A DNA stretch of 64,000 bases from an uncultured Alphaproteobacteria bacterium. Its GTDB lineage: Bacteria; Pseudomonadota; Alphaproteobacteria; Acetobacterales; Acetobacteraceae. This document shows positions 38,918 through 50,170 of this stretch, one piece after another; within the stretch, counting starts at the first letter, position 1; each line of letters opens with the position of its first letter. The notes below the pieces were generated by a model, which saw nothing but the letters and a program-made list of their open reading frames with translations, was not told the origin of the DNA and did not search any database. The translations under genes and the position numbers were made by a program. The stretch lies in the NCBI GenBank assembly GCA_963804495.1, contig CAWDQN010000010.1, positions 258,265-322,264 on the forward strand. The letters run 5' to 3'.

Positions 38918-39167
38918 GTGGGTGCCGTGCGGGGATTCGTCCGGTTGGCGCCTGTGACAAATCCATGCTAATCGGCGCCCGCCTTCGTCCGGGGCGGGTG
39001 CGCGGCGCCGGTGTGGTCTGCCGTGACGGGTCTGTCCCGCCGGCCAGGCCGGTCCGGCGAACGGGCCAGGATGGTGGCCAGAGTGAACGAGAGACGGCCG
39101 GGACGCGAGACGCGCCCGGACGTGAGACGCATAGACCAGGAACCGGCAGGCAGGAGTTAAATTTCCG

Positions 39168-39407
39168 ATGAGCGAGATCGCCGACAAGGTGAAGAAGATC
39201 GTGGTGGAGCACCTCGGGGTGGAAGAGGCCAAGGTCACCCCGGAGGCGTCGTTCATCGACGACCTGGGCGCGGACAGCCTCGACACGGTTGAACTGGTGA
39301 TGGCCTTCGAGGAAGCCTTCGGGGTCGAGATCCCGGAAGATGCGGCCGAGAAGATCGGCACCGTGAAGGATGCCATCGACTATATCGAGAAGCAGAAGGC
39401 CGCCTGA
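39168..39407 (+). CDS. acpP: Acyl carrier protein
   Basis: [18 protein letters not shown]. Confidence 0.99.
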   Translation: MSEIADKVKKIVVEHLGVEEAKVTPEASFIDDLGADSLDTVELVMAFEEAFGVEIPEDAAEKIGTVKDAIDYIEKQKAA

Positions 39408-39438
39408 GCCGGTACTGCGCGGGAAACAACGGGCAAGG

Positions 39439-40710
39439 ATGGCAGCGATGCGGCGCGTGGTGGTAACGGGCATGGGCATCGCCTGCCCCCTTGGCTTGGG
39501 GGTCGGGCACGTCTGGAAGCGCCTGGTTGAGGGCGAGTCGGGCATCAGCGCCATCCAGTCGTTCGACGTGAAGGACCTGCCGGCGAAGGTGGCCGGCCAG
39601 ATTCCTCTGGGACCGAAGACCGAAAACAAGCTGGACATCGGCGAGTGGGTGCCGGTGAAAGACCAGCGCAAGATGGACCGGTTCATCCAGTACGCGCTGG
39701 TTGCCGCCACCGAGGCGGTGGAGGATTCCGGATGGACTCCCCGGAGCGAAGAGGACCGCTGCGCCACCGGGGTGATGATCGGCAGCGGCATCGGCGGGCT
39801 GGAGACGATCTACGAGGCGTCCATTCTGGTGCACGAGGGACGGATCCGGCGGCTGTCGCCGTTCTTCATCCCCTCCGCCCTGATTAACCTCGCGTCGGGC
39901 CATGTTTCCATCAAGTTCGGTTTCAAAGGACCGAACCACAGCGTGGTGACTGCCTGCGCCAGCGGCGTGCACGCCGTCGGCGACGCGGCACGGCTGATCG
40001 CGCTCGGCGATGCCGAGGTGATGGTGGCCGGCGGGGCCGAATCGGCGGTCAATATTCTGGGCATTGCCGGGTTCTGCGCCTCGCGGGCGCTGTCGACCGG
40101 GTTCAACGAGACACCGACCAGGGCATCGCGTCCCTGGGACCGCGACCGCGACGGCTTCGTCATGGGTGAGGGCTCGGGTGTGCTGGTGCTGGAGGAGTAC
40201 GAGCACGCCACGAAGCGCGGCGCCAAGATTTACGCTGAGGTGTGCGGCTATGGCATGTCCGGCGATGCGCACCACATCACCGCCCCGGCGGATGGCCACG
40301 AGGGTGCCTACCGTGCCATGGCCGCGGCCTTGCGCAATGGCCGCATCTCGCCGGACCAGATCCAGTATGTGAACGCCCACGGCACGTCGACGCCGCTCGG
40401 CGACGACCTGGAGTTGGAGGCGGTGGAGCGGCTGTTCGGCGATGCCGCGGGCGGGATCGCGATGTCGTCCACCAAGTCGGCGACCGGGCATTTGCTGGGG
40501 GCGGCCGGTGCGATCGAGGCGATTTTCTCGGTGCTTGCGGTGCGTGACAATGTGGCGCCGCCGACGCTGAACCTGGACAACCCCAGCCGCGAGAGCCCGA
40601 TTGACCGGGTGGCGCATACGGCGCAGGAGCGGCGGATCGAGGTGGCGCTGTCGAATAGTTTTGGCTTTGGCGGGACGAACGCGTCGATTCTGTTCCGGAA
40701 GGCTGGTTAA
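39439..40710 (+). CDS. fabF: 3-oxoacyl-ACP synthase II
   Basis: RRVVVTG, VTACASG, NAHGTST, GHLLGAAG, NSFGFGG. Confidence 0.97.
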   Translation: MAAMRRVVVTGMGIACPLGLGVGHVWKRLVEGESGISAIQSFDVKDLPAKVAGQIPLGPKTENKLDIGEWVPVKDQRKMDRFIQYALVAATEAVEDSGWTPRSEEDRCATGVMIGSGIGGLETIYEASILVHEGRIRRLSPFFIPSALINLASGHVSIKFGFKGPNHSVVTACASGVHAVGDAARLIALGDAEVMVAGGAESAVNILGIAGFCASRALSTGFNETPTRASRPWDRDRDGFVMGEGSGVLVLEEYEHATKRGAKIYAEVCGYGMSGDAHHITAPADGHEGAYRAMAAALRNGRISPDQIQYVNAHGTSTPLGDDLELEAVERLFGDAAGGIAMSSTKSATGHLLGAAGAIEAIFSVLAVRDNVAPPTLNLDNPSRESPIDRVAHTAQERRIEVALSNSFGFGGTNASILFRKAG

Positions 40711-40731
40711 CTAGTCCAGGACTTAAAAAAC

Positions 40732-40794
40732 GGGTTCCAAGGGCCTCCCGGCCCTTGGCGGGTCCAGGGCAGAGCCCTGGCCTTGCTTTCTTGC
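40732..40794 (-). repeat. REP-like repeat (copy 5)
   Basis: GGGTTCCAAGGGCC tccc GGCCCTTGG CGGGTCCAGGGC aga GCCCTGGCCTTGCTTTCTTGC; abuts the cysK stop codon. Confidence 0.9.
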
Positions 40795-41817
40795 TTACAT
40801 CCCCGCGAACAAAGGCGTGCTCAGGTAGCGCTCGGCAAAGCTAGGCGCGATCGAAACGATCAGCTTCCCGGCGTTCGCCGGATCGCGCGCCAGTGTCAGC
40901 GCGGCATGCAACGCGGCGCCTGAGGAGATGCCGATCGGCAGTCCTTCCTCGCGGGCGCTGCGCCGTGCCGCGGCGATGGCGTCGCGCTCGGACACCCGCA
41001 CCACCTCGTCCATCAGCCCCATTTCGAGCACGCTCGGCTGGAAGCCGGGGCCGATGCCCTGCACCCCGTGTGGCCCGGCCTCGTCGCCGGACAGCACCGC
41101 GCTCTCGGCCGGTTCGATCAGCACGATTCGCAAGCCAGGGCGGCGGGGCTTGAGCGCGCGGGCGATGCCGGTCAGCGTGCCGCCGGTGCCGGAGCCGCCG
41201 ACCACGATGTCCACCCGCCCGCCGGTGTCGGTCCAGATTTCCTCGGCGGTGGTGGCGGCGTGGATGTCGGGATTGGCCGGGTTGTCGAACTGGCGCGGCA
41301 TCCAGGCGCCCGGCGTGCTGGCGAGGATCGACTCGGCGCGGGCGATGGCGCCGGCCATGCCTTGCCGCGCCGGGGTGAGCTGCACGTCCGCCCCCATCAG
41401 GCGCAGCATCTTGCGCCGCTCGGCCGAGGCGCCCTCCGGCATGGTGACAATCAGCCGGTAGCCCTTGGCGGCGGCGACGAAGGCCAGCGCGATGCCGGTG
41501 TTGCCCGACGTCGGTTCAACAAGGACAGATCGGTCGGCGGCGATCAACCCTTGCGCCTCGGCGCGCTCGACCATGGCCAGGCCGATGCGGTCCTTGACCG
41601 AGCCGAGCGGGTTAAAGAACTCAAGTTTCAGAGCGACTTCGGCGACGAGCTTGTCCTCGGCCGAAATACGCGGAATGCCGACCAGCGGCGTGGCGCCGAT
41701 CGTCTCCAGGATGCTGCGGTGCATGCGGCCGCGCGCCGGGGTGGCGGCGGGGGAAACTTGTGCCGGCGAGAGGGCGGCACGGGTGACATTTCTGACCATA
41801 AGGGATGTTTTTACCAC
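40795..41817 (-). CDS. cysK: Cysteine synthase A (O-acetylserine sulfhydrylase)
   Basis: FNPLGSVKDRIG, EPTSGNTG, GSGTGGT, QGIGPG, ERYLST; exact start uncertain. Confidence 0.95.
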   Translation of the reverse strand: MVKTSLMVRNVTRAALSPAQVSPAATPARGRMHRSILETIGATPLVGIPRISAEDKLVAEVALKLEFFNPLGSVKDRIGLAMVERAEAQGLIAADRSVLVEPTSGNTGIALAFVAAAKGYRLIVTMPEGASAERRKMLRLMGADVQLTPARQGMAGAIARAESILASTPGAWMPRQFDNPANPDIHAATTAEEIWTDTGGRVDIVVGGSGTGGTLTGIARALKPRRPGLRIVLIEPAESAVLSGDEAGPHGVQGIGPGFQPSVLEMGLMDEVVRVSERDAIAAARRSAREEGLPIGISSGAALHAALTLARDPANAGKLIVSIAPSFAERYLSTPLFAGM

Positions 41818-41881
41818 AAGACGGGTGTATCACGAAGGGTAAACGTGATTTCATGTCGGCGCGCCAGAGGAGAACAACAAT

Positions 41882-42334
41882 ATGCTGATCCGACGGGACC
41901 GGGGAATGCTGGCGGTGACCGTGATGCTCAACGTCGCCTTCCATGGCGGCCGGACGGCTACGGTCAGCGCGGCGGAGATCGCCGACCGGTTGGGGCTGGC
42001 GCGAAGGGGTATGGAGCCGCTGCTGCAAGGGCTGTCGCGGGCGGGCCTGCTGGAGAGCGTGCGCGGCCCGCGCGGCGGCTACCGTCTGGGCCGGCCGCGG
42101 CGCGACATCAAAGTGTCCGATGTCGTCGCGGTGGCGGTGAGCGAGGGCGAGGTCGAACCGAGCGAAGGCCCGTCCGGCCGGCTGCAGGAGAAGGTGGTGG
42201 ATTCGCTGTGGGCGGAACTGGAGGCGGCGGCGCGCGACCGGCTGGCGTCGCTGACGCTCGACGACCTGTTGCGCCGCGCTGCCGCCGCCGGCCTGCGCCG
42301 GCCGACCAGCGAGCCGATCACCTTCGCCATCTGA
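41882..42334 (+). CDS. Rrf2 family regulator without Fe-S cysteines (CymR-like)
   Basis: EPLLQGLSRAGLLESVRGPRGGYRL winged HTH; no Cys; ends PITFAI; divergent from cysK. Confidence 0.9.
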   Translation: MLIRRDRGMLAVTVMLNVAFHGGRTATVSAAEIADRLGLARRGMEPLLQGLSRAGLLESVRGPRGGYRLGRPRRDIKVSDVVAVAVSEGEVEPSEGPSGRLQEKVVDSLWAELEAAARDRLASLTLDDLLRRAAAAGLRRPTSEPITFAI

Positions 42335-42399
42335 GCGCCGCGGAGGGCCAATGCCAATGTCTGTGGCCAGGCGTTCGGCCGTTCTGCTAGAACCACGTG

Positions 42400-43429
42400 A
42401 TGAAGATGCGAATAGCTCTGAAGGCCGCGGCGGCGGCGCTGTTGCTGGCGGTCGGAATCGGCGGCCGGCCAGCGGCGGCGCAGGACAGCTTGCTGAACGT
42501 TTCCTATGACCCGACCAGAGAGCTTTATCGCGAGCTGAACCGCGCCTTTGCAACGGTCTGGCAGAAACAGACCGGACGCAGCATCATGGTGAACGCCTCG
42601 CATGGCGGTTCGGGAGCCCAGGCGCGGGCGGTGCTGGATGGGTTGCAGGCTGACGTGGTGACGCTGGCGCTGGCCTCTGATATCGATGCGTTGGCGGCGC
42701 GGGGGCTGGTGGCGAAGGACTGGCAGGCGCGGCTGCCGGAAGGTTCCACCCCGTATACCAGTACAGATCGTCTTCCTGGTGCGCAGCGGCAATCCGAAGG
42801 CGATCCGGGACTGGCCGGACTTGGTGCGGCCTGGGGTGAAAGTGATCACCCCCAATCCGAAGACGTTGGGTGGCGCGCGCTGGAACTATCTGGCGGCACT
42901 GGGCTGGGCGCTGCGCCAGCCGGGCGGCAGCGAGGCGAGCGGCGAGGCCTATCTGCGGCGCCTGTTCGCGCGGGTGCCGGTGCTGGACACCGGCGCCCGC
43001 GGCGCCACCAACACTTTCGTGCAGCGCGGCCTGGGCGATGTACTGCTGGCCTGGGAGAACGAGGCGCTGCTGGCGCGCGACGAGCTGGGCGCGGACCGGT
43101 TCGAGATCGTCTATCCCTCGGTGACGGTGCGCGCCGACCCGCCGGTGGCGGTGGTCGATGCGGTGGTGGACAAGCGCGGCAGCCGGGCGGCGGCGGATGC
43201 GTATCTACGCTTCCTGTATACGCCGGAGGGCCAGGAGATCGCGGCGCGGCACCATTACCGCCCGCGTGACCCCGCGGTGGCGGCGCGCTATGCTGGCACC
43301 TTCCCGCCGGTGCCCACCTTTGGCATCGATTTGTTCGGTGGCTGGGCGGACGCGCAGGCGCGGCACTTCGCCGATGGCGGGGTGTTCGATCAAGTGACGG
43401 CCCCACAGGTGACGGCCCCGGCGAATTAG
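42400..43429 (+). pseudogene. sbp: Sulfate-binding periplasmic protein with apparent +1 frameshift at about 42765
   Basis: [28 protein letters not shown] then [11 protein letters not shown]...NPKT.GGARWNY in the next frame (ACC AGT ACA G ATC GTC); may be a sequencing error. Confidence 0.85.
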
Positions 43430-43439
43430 GCGGCGTCGC

Positions 43440-44270
43440 ATGACCCAATCGTTCCTTCGCCCAAACCCGCTGCCAGGGTTCGGGCCAGCCTTCGGGCTGA
43501 CCTTGGCCTGGGTGTCGCTGATCGTGCTGATCCCGCTGGCCGCCCTGGTGCTGCGGCCCTGGTCGATCGGGGTCGCCGGGGTGCTGGCCTCGGTCGGGTC
43601 GCCGCGAGTGCTAGCCGCCCTGCAGCTCAGCTTCGGTGCCTCGCTGGCGGCGGCGGCCATCAACGTGCCGCTGGGACTGCTGGTGGCCTTGGTGCTGGTG
43701 CGCGGCCGCTTTCCTGGACGTGCGCTGGCCGACGCGCTGGTGGACCTGCCCTTCGCCCTGCCGACGGCGGTGGCCGGCATCGCTCTGACCACGCTGTATG
43801 CGCCCAACGGCTGGATCGGCCGCCTGTTTGCCCCGTTCGGGGTGGTGCTGGCCTATGCCATGCCGGGGATCATGGTGGCGCTGGTGTTCGCGGGCCTGCC
43901 CTATGTGGTGCGCACCGTGCAGCCGGTGCTGATGGACCTGCCGGCCGAGCTGGAGGAGGCGGCGGCGACGCTGGGCGCCCGCCCGCACCAGATTCTGACG
44001 CGGGTGGTGCTGCCGGCGATCCTGCCCGCCCTGCTCACCGGTTTCGCCATGGCCTTCGCGCGTGCCGTGGGGGAATACGGATCGGTGATTTTCATCGCCG
44101 GCAACATGCCGGGGCTGACCGAAATCGCGCCGTTGCTGATCGTGATCCGGCTGGAACAGTTCGACTATTCCGGCGCCGCCGTGCTGGCGCTGGCGATGCT
44201 GGCGCTGTCGTTCCTGATGCTGGGGGCGGTGAATCTGCTGCAACAGCGCCTGGCACGGACAGGACGATGA
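43440..44270 (+). CDS. cysT: Sulfate ABC permease CysT
   Basis: [36 protein letters not shown]. Confidence 0.94.
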   Translation: MTQSFLRPNPLPGFGPAFGLTLAWVSLIVLIPLAALVLRPWSIGVAGVLASVGSPRVLAALQLSFGASLAAAAINVPLGLLVALVLVRGRFPGRALADALVDLPFALPTAVAGIALTTLYAPNGWIGRLFAPFGVVLAYAMPGIMVALVFAGLPYVVRTVQPVLMDLPAELEEAAATLGARPHQILTRVVLPAILPALLTGFAMAFARAVGEYGSVIFIAGNMPGLTEIAPLLIVIRLEQFDYSGAAVLALAMLALSFLMLGAVNLLQQRLARTGR

Positions 44271-45100
44271 GCGCGCGGGTTCCTGCGGCGCCCATGGCCG
44301 CCGTGCTGGTGGCCCTGGCGGCGCTGGCCTTGCTGGTGCTGCTGCCGCTCGCCGCCCTGTTCGCCGAGGTGCTGCCGCAGGGCGCCGGGCAGGCACTTTC
44401 GGTGTTCGAGGATCCCGACTCGCTTGCGGCGATCCGCCTGACTCTCCTGGTCGCCGCCATCAGCGTGCCGGTGAACACAGTGGGCGGGCTGGCGGCGTCG
44501 TGGTGCATCGCCCGTTTTCACTTTGCCGGGCGCGGTCTGCTGTTGACCTTCATCGAACTGCCGCTGAGCGTCTCGCCGGTGATTTCCGGTCTCGTCTGGG
44601 TGCTGTTGTTCGGGGCGCAGGGCTGGCTCGCGCCGGCGGTGGAATGGGCCGGCGTGCAGGTGATCTTCGCCACGCCCGGGCTGGTGCTGGCAACGCTGTT
44701 CGTGACCTTTCCGTTCGTGGTTCGCCAGCTGGTGCCGCTCATGCAGGCGCAGGGCAGCGACGAGGAGGAGGCGGCGCTGACCCTGGGGGCGGGGCCGTGG
44801 GCGATGTTCTGGCATGTGACGCTGCCGAATGTGCGGTGGGCACTGCTGCAGGGGGTGCTGCTGCTGAATGCGCGGGCGATGGGAGAATTCGGCGCGGTAT
44901 CGGTGGTCTCGGGCCGCATCCGCGGGCAGACGTTGACCATGCCGCTGCAGATCGAGGCGCTGTACAACGATTTCCAGGCGCCGGCCGCGTTCGCCATGGC
45001 GGGGCTGCTGGCGCTGCTGGCCCTGGTTACGCTGGCGGCCAGGGCGGGGCTGGAGTGGCGCACGCGCCGGGGGACGGACTCGCCGACGGCGCCCGCATGA
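44267..45100 (+). CDS. cysW: Sulfate ABC permease CysW
   Basis: [37 protein letters not shown]. Confidence 0.94.
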   Translation: MSARVPAAPMAAVLVALAALALLVLLPLAALFAEVLPQGAGQALSVFEDPDSLAAIRLTLLVAAISVPVNTVGGLAASWCIARFHFAGRGLLLTFIELPLSVSPVISGLVWVLLFGAQGWLAPAVEWAGVQVIFATPGLVLATLFVTFPFVVRQLVPLMQAQGSDEEEAALTLGAGPWAMFWHVTLPNVRWALLQGVLLLNARAMGEFGAVSVVSGRIRGQTLTMPLQIEALYNDFQAPAAFAMAGLLALLALVTLAARAGLEWRTRRGTDSPTAPA

Positions 45101-46131
45101 GCCTCGCGCTGCAAGGGATTTTCAAGCAGTTTGGCGCGACGCCGGCGCTGCATGGGGTGGATCTGACGGCGGCAGAGGGCGAGTTCCTGGCCCTGCTGGG
45201 CCCGTCCGGGTCCGGCAAAACGACGCTGCTGCGTATGATCGCCGGGCTGGAGACGGCCGAATCGGGGCGGGTGCTGATCGGCGGCGCCGACATGGCCGGG
45301 GTGCCGGCGCGGTCGCGTGGGGTCGGGTTCGTGTTCCAGCACTATGCGCTGTTCCGCCACATGACGGTGGCCGACAACATTGCCTTCGGCCTGCGCGTGC
45401 GTCCGCGGGGGCAAAGGCCAAGTCGGGCGGCGATCCGGGCGCGGGTGGCCGACCTGCTGGCGCTGGTGCAGATGCCCGAGCTGGGCGGGCGGTATCCCGA
45501 CCAGTTGTCCGGCGGGCAGCGCCAGCGGGTGGCGCTGGCGCGGGCGCTGGCGATCGAGCCGCGGGTGCTGCTGCTGGACGAGCCGTTCGGGGCGCTGGAC
45601 GCGGCGGTGCGGCGCGATCTGCGCCGCTGGCTGCGCGAGCTGCACAACCGCACCGGCCTCACCACGGTGATGGTGACGCATGACCAGGCCGAGGCGCTGG
45701 AGGTGGCTGACCGGGTGGCGATCCTGCGCGCCGGCCGGGTGGAGCAGGTGGACACGCCGGCAGGGCTGTGGGCATCGCCGTGCAGCGCATTCGTGTTCCG
45801 TTTCATCGGCGAGGCGGTGGAACTGCCCTGCACGGTGCGCGACGGCCTCGCCCGGTTCGGCATCGCCGGCGTGCCGGACCAGCCCTGCGCGCTGCCGGAC
45901 GGGGCCGCTCTTGCCATGCTGCGGCCGCACGAGATCGGGCTCGCGGCGGCAGATGGGGCGGCGGATGTGCGGGTGCGCGCGGTGTTGGCGGCCGGGCCGG
46001 CGGTGCGGGTGGAGGTGCTGGCCGGCGCGCAGGCGGTCGAGGTGCTGCTGCCGCCCGGTGTGGCACCGCCCGCGGTGGGCAGCGTCTGCCGGCTTGATCT
46101 GCGGGCGGCCCGGTTTTACCCGCGCAGTTGA
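45097..46131 (+). CDS. cysA: Sulfate ABC ATP-binding protein CysA
   Basis: [37 protein letters not shown]; ATGA overlap with cysW. Confidence 0.95.
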   Translation: MSLALQGIFKQFGATPALHGVDLTAAEGEFLALLGPSGSGKTTLLRMIAGLETAESGRVLIGGADMAGVPARSRGVGFVFQHYALFRHMTVADNIAFGLRVRPRGQRPSRAAIRARVADLLALVQMPELGGRYPDQLSGGQRQRVALARALAIEPRVLLLDEPFGALDAAVRRDLRRWLRELHNRTGLTTVMVTHDQAEALEVADRVAILRAGRVEQVDTPAGLWASPCSAFVFRFIGEAVELPCTVRDGLARFGIAGVPDQPCALPDGAALAMLRPHEIGLAAADGAADVRVRAVLAAGPAVRVEVLAGAQAVEVLLPPGVAPPAVGSVCRLDLRAARFYPRS

Positions 46132-46139
46132 ACTGCCGA

Positions 46140-46168
46140 CTGTCATCGAAGCTTAATAAAACTGCAAT
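46140..46168 (+). promoter_or_regulatory. Pho box-like array upstream of pstS
   Basis: CTGTCAT-N4-GCTTAAT-N4-CTGCAAT with 11-bp periodicity. Confidence 0.6.
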
Positions 46169-46237
46169 CTGAATTACCCCATGAACGCCTAGGGTCCGGC
46201 CGCGAATACGGATGACCGGTCGAGTTGGTCGGTGCTT

Positions 46238-46274
46238 CCCGTGCCCGATGCGACCCGTGCCCGATGCGACCCGT
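46238..46274 (+). repeat. 16-bp tandem duplication in the pstS leader
   Basis: CCCGTGCCCGATGCGA x2 plus partial third unit. Confidence 0.85.
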
Positions 46275-46315
46275 ACCTGGTGCGTCCGGGTGCCATCGCG
46301 ATCCAAGGAGGGATC

Positions 46316-47347
46316 ATGAAGCTTGTTTCCGCGGCGCTCGCCATTTCCCTGGCGGCGTTTACTGTCGGCGCGCAGGCGCAGCAGATCACCGGCGCCGGCG
46401 CCACGTTCCCGGCCCCGGTCTATGCCAAATGGGGCGAGGCCGCGAAGGCTGCCACCGGCCTGGAGCTGAACTATCAGGCGATCGGCTCGGGCGGCGGGCA
46501 GAACCAGATCATCAACCGCACCGTCGATTTCGGCGCCTCCGACGCGCCGGTGGACACGGCGAAGCTGGAGCAGAACCATCTGCTGCAGTTCCCGACTGTG
46601 ATGGGCGCGGTGGTGCCGATCGTGAACCTGCCCGGCATCGAGGCCAACCAGCTGAAGCTGCCCAGCGAATTGCTGGCCGATATCTACCTGGGCAAAATCG
46701 TGAAGTGGAACGATCCGCGGCTGGTCGAGGCCAATCGTGAGATCAAGCTTCCCAACCTGCCGGTCGCGCCGGTGTACCGCGCCGACGGGTCGGGCACCAC
46801 GTTTGTGTATACCTCGTATCTCTCGGCCGTGTCGCCCGATTGGAAGGCGCAGGTCGGGGCCAATACCAGCGTCAAATGGGCGACCGGCAATGGCGCCAAG
46901 GGCAATGACGGCGTGGCGGCGACGGTGAAGCAGGTGCGCGGCGCCATCGGCTATGTCGAATACGCCTATGCGAAACAGAACAAGCTGACCACGGTGCAAC
47001 TGCGCAACAAGGCCGGGCATTTCGTGGCGCCGACCATGGCCGCGTTCACCGAGGCGGCCAATGCCGGCGACTGGAAGAACGCGCCGAACTACGCGGTAAA
47101 CCTGATCGACACCGCCGGCGCCGAAGCCTGGCCGATCGTGTCGGCCACCTTCATCCTGCTGCCGAAGGACCCCAAGGACCCGGCCCGCAGCGCCAACGTG
47201 ATCAAGTTCTTTGACTTCGCCTACAAAAACGGCGGCGATGTCGCAAAGAACCTTGATTACATCGCTCTGCCGGAAGCCGTACAGGATGCGGTGCGCTCCT
47301 CCTGGCGGTCGCAGGTCAAAGGGCCGGACGGCGCGGCGATCTGGTAA
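46316..47347 (+). CDS. pstS: Phosphate ABC substrate-binding protein
   Basis: GAGATFPAP, IGSGGG, DFGASD, RADGSGTT, IGYVEY; AGGAGG SD. Confidence 0.97.
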   Translation: MKLVSAALAISLAAFTVGAQAQQITGAGATFPAPVYAKWGEAAKAATGLELNYQAIGSGGGQNQIINRTVDFGASDAPVDTAKLEQNHLLQFPTVMGAVVPIVNLPGIEANQLKLPSELLADIYLGKIVKWNDPRLVEANREIKLPNLPVAPVYRADGSGTTFVYTSYLSAVSPDWKAQVGANTSVKWATGNGAKGNDGVAATVKQVRGAIGYVEYAYAKQNKLTTVQLRNKAGHFVAPTMAAFTEAANAGDWKNAPNYAVNLIDTAGAEAWPIVSATFILLPKDPKDPARSANVIKFFDFAYKNGGDVAKNLDYIALPEAVQDAVRSSWRSQVKGPDGAAIW

Positions 47348-47378
47348 GCGGCGCGTCTGCACCAAGACTGGTTTGCGA

Positions 47379-47402
47379 GGGAGGCGCCCGCCGGCGCCTC
47401 CC
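47379..47402 (+). terminator. GC-rich hairpin between pstS and pstC (stabiliser or partial terminator)
   Basis: GGGAGGCGCC-cgcc-GGCGCCTCCC, no U tract. Confidence 0.55.
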
Positions 47403-47431
47403 GCCTTGTCATCCCATCGGGGAACGACTTC

Positions 47432-48394
47432 GTGTCCGACGCCGCCGCTGTTTTTCCGCTTCTTGCCACCGGTTCCCGTGCCGCCTCGTTCGGCGACCGG
47501 CTGTTTGCCTTTTTTGCAACCTGCGCCGGCCTGTTCGTGCTGGTGCTGCTGGGTGCGATCATCGTCTCGCTGTTCATCGGCGGGCTGCCGAGCTTTCGCG
47601 CCTTCGGGCCGTATTTCCTGGTCGATACCGACTGGGACCCGGTGCAGGAAGTGTTCGGTGCCGGTGTGCCGGTGTTCGGCACCCTGGTCACCTCATTCCT
47701 GGCGTTGCTGATCGCGGTGCCGCTGGCCTTCGGCATCGCCTTCTACCTGACCGAAATCGCGCCCGCTTGGTTCCGCCGTCCCGTGGGCACGGCGATCGAG
47801 TTGCTCGCGGCGGTGCCATCGATCATTTACGGCATGTGGGGGTTTTTCGTTATCGTGCCGGTCATGGCCGATTACGTGCAGCCCTTCCTGACCGACTGGC
47901 TGGGCGACGTGCCTGCAATCGGCTTCCTGTTTCAGGGCGCGCCCTTCGGCACCGGTATCCTGACCGCGGCCCTGGTTCTGGCGGTGATGATCATCCCCTT
48001 TATCGCCGCCACCATGCGCGACGTGTTCAACACAGTGCCTGCGGTGTTCAAGGAATCCGCCTACGGCGTCGGCTGCACCACCTGGGAGGTGATGCGCAGC
48101 ATCGTCATTCCCTACACGCGCGCATCTGTGGTCGGCGGCATCATGCTGGGACTGGGGCGCGCGCTGGGCGAGACCATGGCGGTGACCTTCGTGATCGGCA
48201 ACACCAACCGCATCACCACATCGCTGTTCGGTCCGGGCAACACCATTGCCTCGATCGTGGCGCTTGAATTTCCCGAAAGCCACGCCGGCAGCCTGAAGCT
48301 GTCGTCGCTGCTCGCGCTGGGGTTCATCCTGTTCGTGATATCCTTCATCGTGCTGGCGATTTCGCGCCTGCTGCTGCGCCCGAGGTCGGCATGA
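47432..48394 (+). CDS. pstC: Phosphate ABC permease PstC
   Basis: [24 protein letters not shown]. Confidence 0.96.
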   Translation: MSDAAAVFPLLATGSRAASFGDRLFAFFATCAGLFVLVLLGAIIVSLFIGGLPSFRAFGPYFLVDTDWDPVQEVFGAGVPVFGTLVTSFLALLIAVPLAFGIAFYLTEIAPAWFRRPVGTAIELLAAVPSIIYGMWGFFVIVPVMADYVQPFLTDWLGDVPAIGFLFQGAPFGTGILTAALVLAVMIIPFIAATMRDVFNTVPAVFKESAYGVGCTTWEVMRSIVIPYTRASVVGGIMLGLGRALGETMAVTFVIGNTNRITTSLFGPGNTIASIVALEFPESHAGSLKLSSLLALGFILFVISFIVLAISRLLLRPRSA

Positions 48395-49278
48395 GCACCG
48401 CCATGATGTCGCACACCGGTCCGACGCGCGACGCGCGGGTGGCGGACCTGCTGTCGCGCCGGCGCAAGCGGTCCGACCGGGCGGTGCAGGCTTTGTGCGT
48501 CGCCGCGACGGTGATCGGCCTGGCCTTGCTGGCCTCCATTCTGTTCACCTTGCTCTGGCGCGGCGTCGGCGCGCTGGGTTTGCACGTGTTCACCACCAGC
48601 ACGCTGCCGCCCGGGTCGAACGGCGGATTGCTGAATGCGATTGTCGGCAGCCTGATCCAGACGCTGGTCGGCACCGCGATCGGCACGCCGATCGGGCTGA
48701 TGGTGGGCACCTATCTGTCCGAATATGCCCGCACCTCGGCGCTGGGCAACGCGGTGCGCTTTGTTTCCGACGTGCTGCTGTCCGCACCGTCCATTCTGGT
48801 CGGGCTGTTTGTTTACACCATTCTGGTGGAGCCGTTCGGCGGCTTCTCGGGCATCGCCGGCTGCGTGGCGCTGGCGGTGATCGTGGTGCCGATCGTGGTG
48901 CGCACCACCGAGGACATGCTGCGGCTGATTCCCACCGAGCTGCGCGAGGCGGCGGTGGCGGTGGGGGCGCCGAAATGGCGGGTGATCGTGCTGATCTGCT
49001 ACCGCGCGGCACTGGACGGCATCGCCACCGGCGTGCTGCTGGCGGTGGCGCGGGTGGCCGGCGAGACGGCGCCGTTGCTGTTTACCTCGCTCGGCAACCT
49101 GAACTGGTCGCTCAGCCTGACCCAGCCGATGTCGAGCCTGCCGGTGACGATCTACCAGTATGCCGGATCGGCCTTCGATGACTGGGTCGATCTGGCCTGG
49201 GCCGGGGCGCTGCTGATCACCTTCGGGGTGCTGGCGCTGAACATCGTCGCCCGGGTGGTCTTGCGGCCGCGTAGCTAA
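48391..49278 (+). CDS. pstA: Phosphate ABC permease PstA
   Basis: [28 protein letters not shown]. Confidence 0.96.
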   Translation: MSTAMMSHTGPTRDARVADLLSRRRKRSDRAVQALCVAATVIGLALLASILFTLLWRGVGALGLHVFTTSTLPPGSNGGLLNAIVGSLIQTLVGTAIGTPIGLMVGTYLSEYARTSALGNAVRFVSDVLLSAPSILVGLFVYTILVEPFGGFSGIAGCVALAVIVVPIVVRTTEDMLRLIPTELREAAVAVGAPKWRVIVLICYRAALDGIATGVLLAVARVAGETAPLLFTSLGNLNWSLSLTQPMSSLPVTIYQYAGSAFDDWVDLAWAGALLITFGVLALNIVARVVLRPRS

Positions 49279-49319
49279 GAAACGGAGCACGGACAGCCGT
49301 CGCCCGGAGAATTGGAACC

Positions 49320-50150
49320 ATGAGCGAGACCATGAACGACACCGAACAATCTCCGGCCATCGCCGAGATGCAGGCGCGCTCAAGCGAAACCCTGAATGCG
49401 GCGCGCATTTCCATTCGCGGCGTCGATTTCTTCTACGGCACCAACAAGGCGCTGAAGGGCATCGATCTCGACCTGCCGGAACGCCAGGTGACCGGCATGA
49501 TCGGCCCGTCGGGCTGCGGCAAATCGACGCTGCTGCGGGTGCTGAACCGGATGTACGACCTCTACCCGGGGCAGCGCGCCCTGGGCGAGGTGCTGATGGA
49601 CGGGGTGAATATCCTCGACCCCGGCATCGATCTGAACCAGTTGCGCAGCCGGGTGGGCATGGTGTTCCAGAAACCCACGCCATTCCCGATGACGATTTAC
49701 GAGAACATCGCCTTTGGCGTGAAGCTGCACGAGCGGCTGTCGAAGGCGGAAATGGACGAGCGGGTGGAATGGTCGCTGACCCGCGCGGCTTTGTGGGACG
49801 AGGCGAAGGACCGGCTCAGCACCTCCGCCATGGGTCTGTCGGGCGGGCAGCAGCAGCGGCTGTGCATCGCCCGCACCATCGCGGTGCGGCCGGAGGTGAT
49901 CCTGCTGGATGAGCCGACGAGCGCCCTCGACCCGATCAGCACGCTGAAGATCGAGGAACTGATCGACGAGCTGAAGCGGGACTTCACCATCGCCATCGTC
50001 ACCCACAACATGCAGCAGGCCGCCCGCTGCGCTGACCAGGTGGCTTTTTTCTACCTGGGTGAGATGGTCGAGGTGGGAACGGCGACGCATATGTTCACCG
50101 CGCCACGCGAGAAGCGAACGCAGGAATACATCACCGGCCGGTTCGGCTGA
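49320..50150 (+). CDS. pstB: Phosphate ABC ATP-binding protein
   Basis: [38 protein letters not shown]. Confidence 0.97.
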   Translation: MSETMNDTEQSPAIAEMQARSSETLNAARISIRGVDFFYGTNKALKGIDLDLPERQVTGMIGPSGCGKSTLLRVLNRMYDLYPGQRALGEVLMDGVNILDPGIDLNQLRSRVGMVFQKPTPFPMTIYENIAFGVKLHERLSKAEMDERVEWSLTRAALWDEAKDRLSTSAMGLSGGQQQRLCIARTIAVRPEVILLDEPTSALDPISTLKIEELIDELKRDFTIAIVTHNMQQAARCADQVAFFYLGEMVEVGTATHMFTAPREKRTQEYITGRFG

Positions 50151-50170
50151 GCGGCGGAGAGGGGAATTGC

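Noticed and set aside
41810-41870. TTTACC...GGTAAA inverted pair as Rrf2 operator
   Set aside because: Arms are only 6 bp and widely spaced; not enough support without comparative data
44500-45096. Long N-terminal extension of CysA (543-aa track ORF)
   Set aside because: Overlaps cysW in another frame; ATGA coupling at 45097 gives normal length
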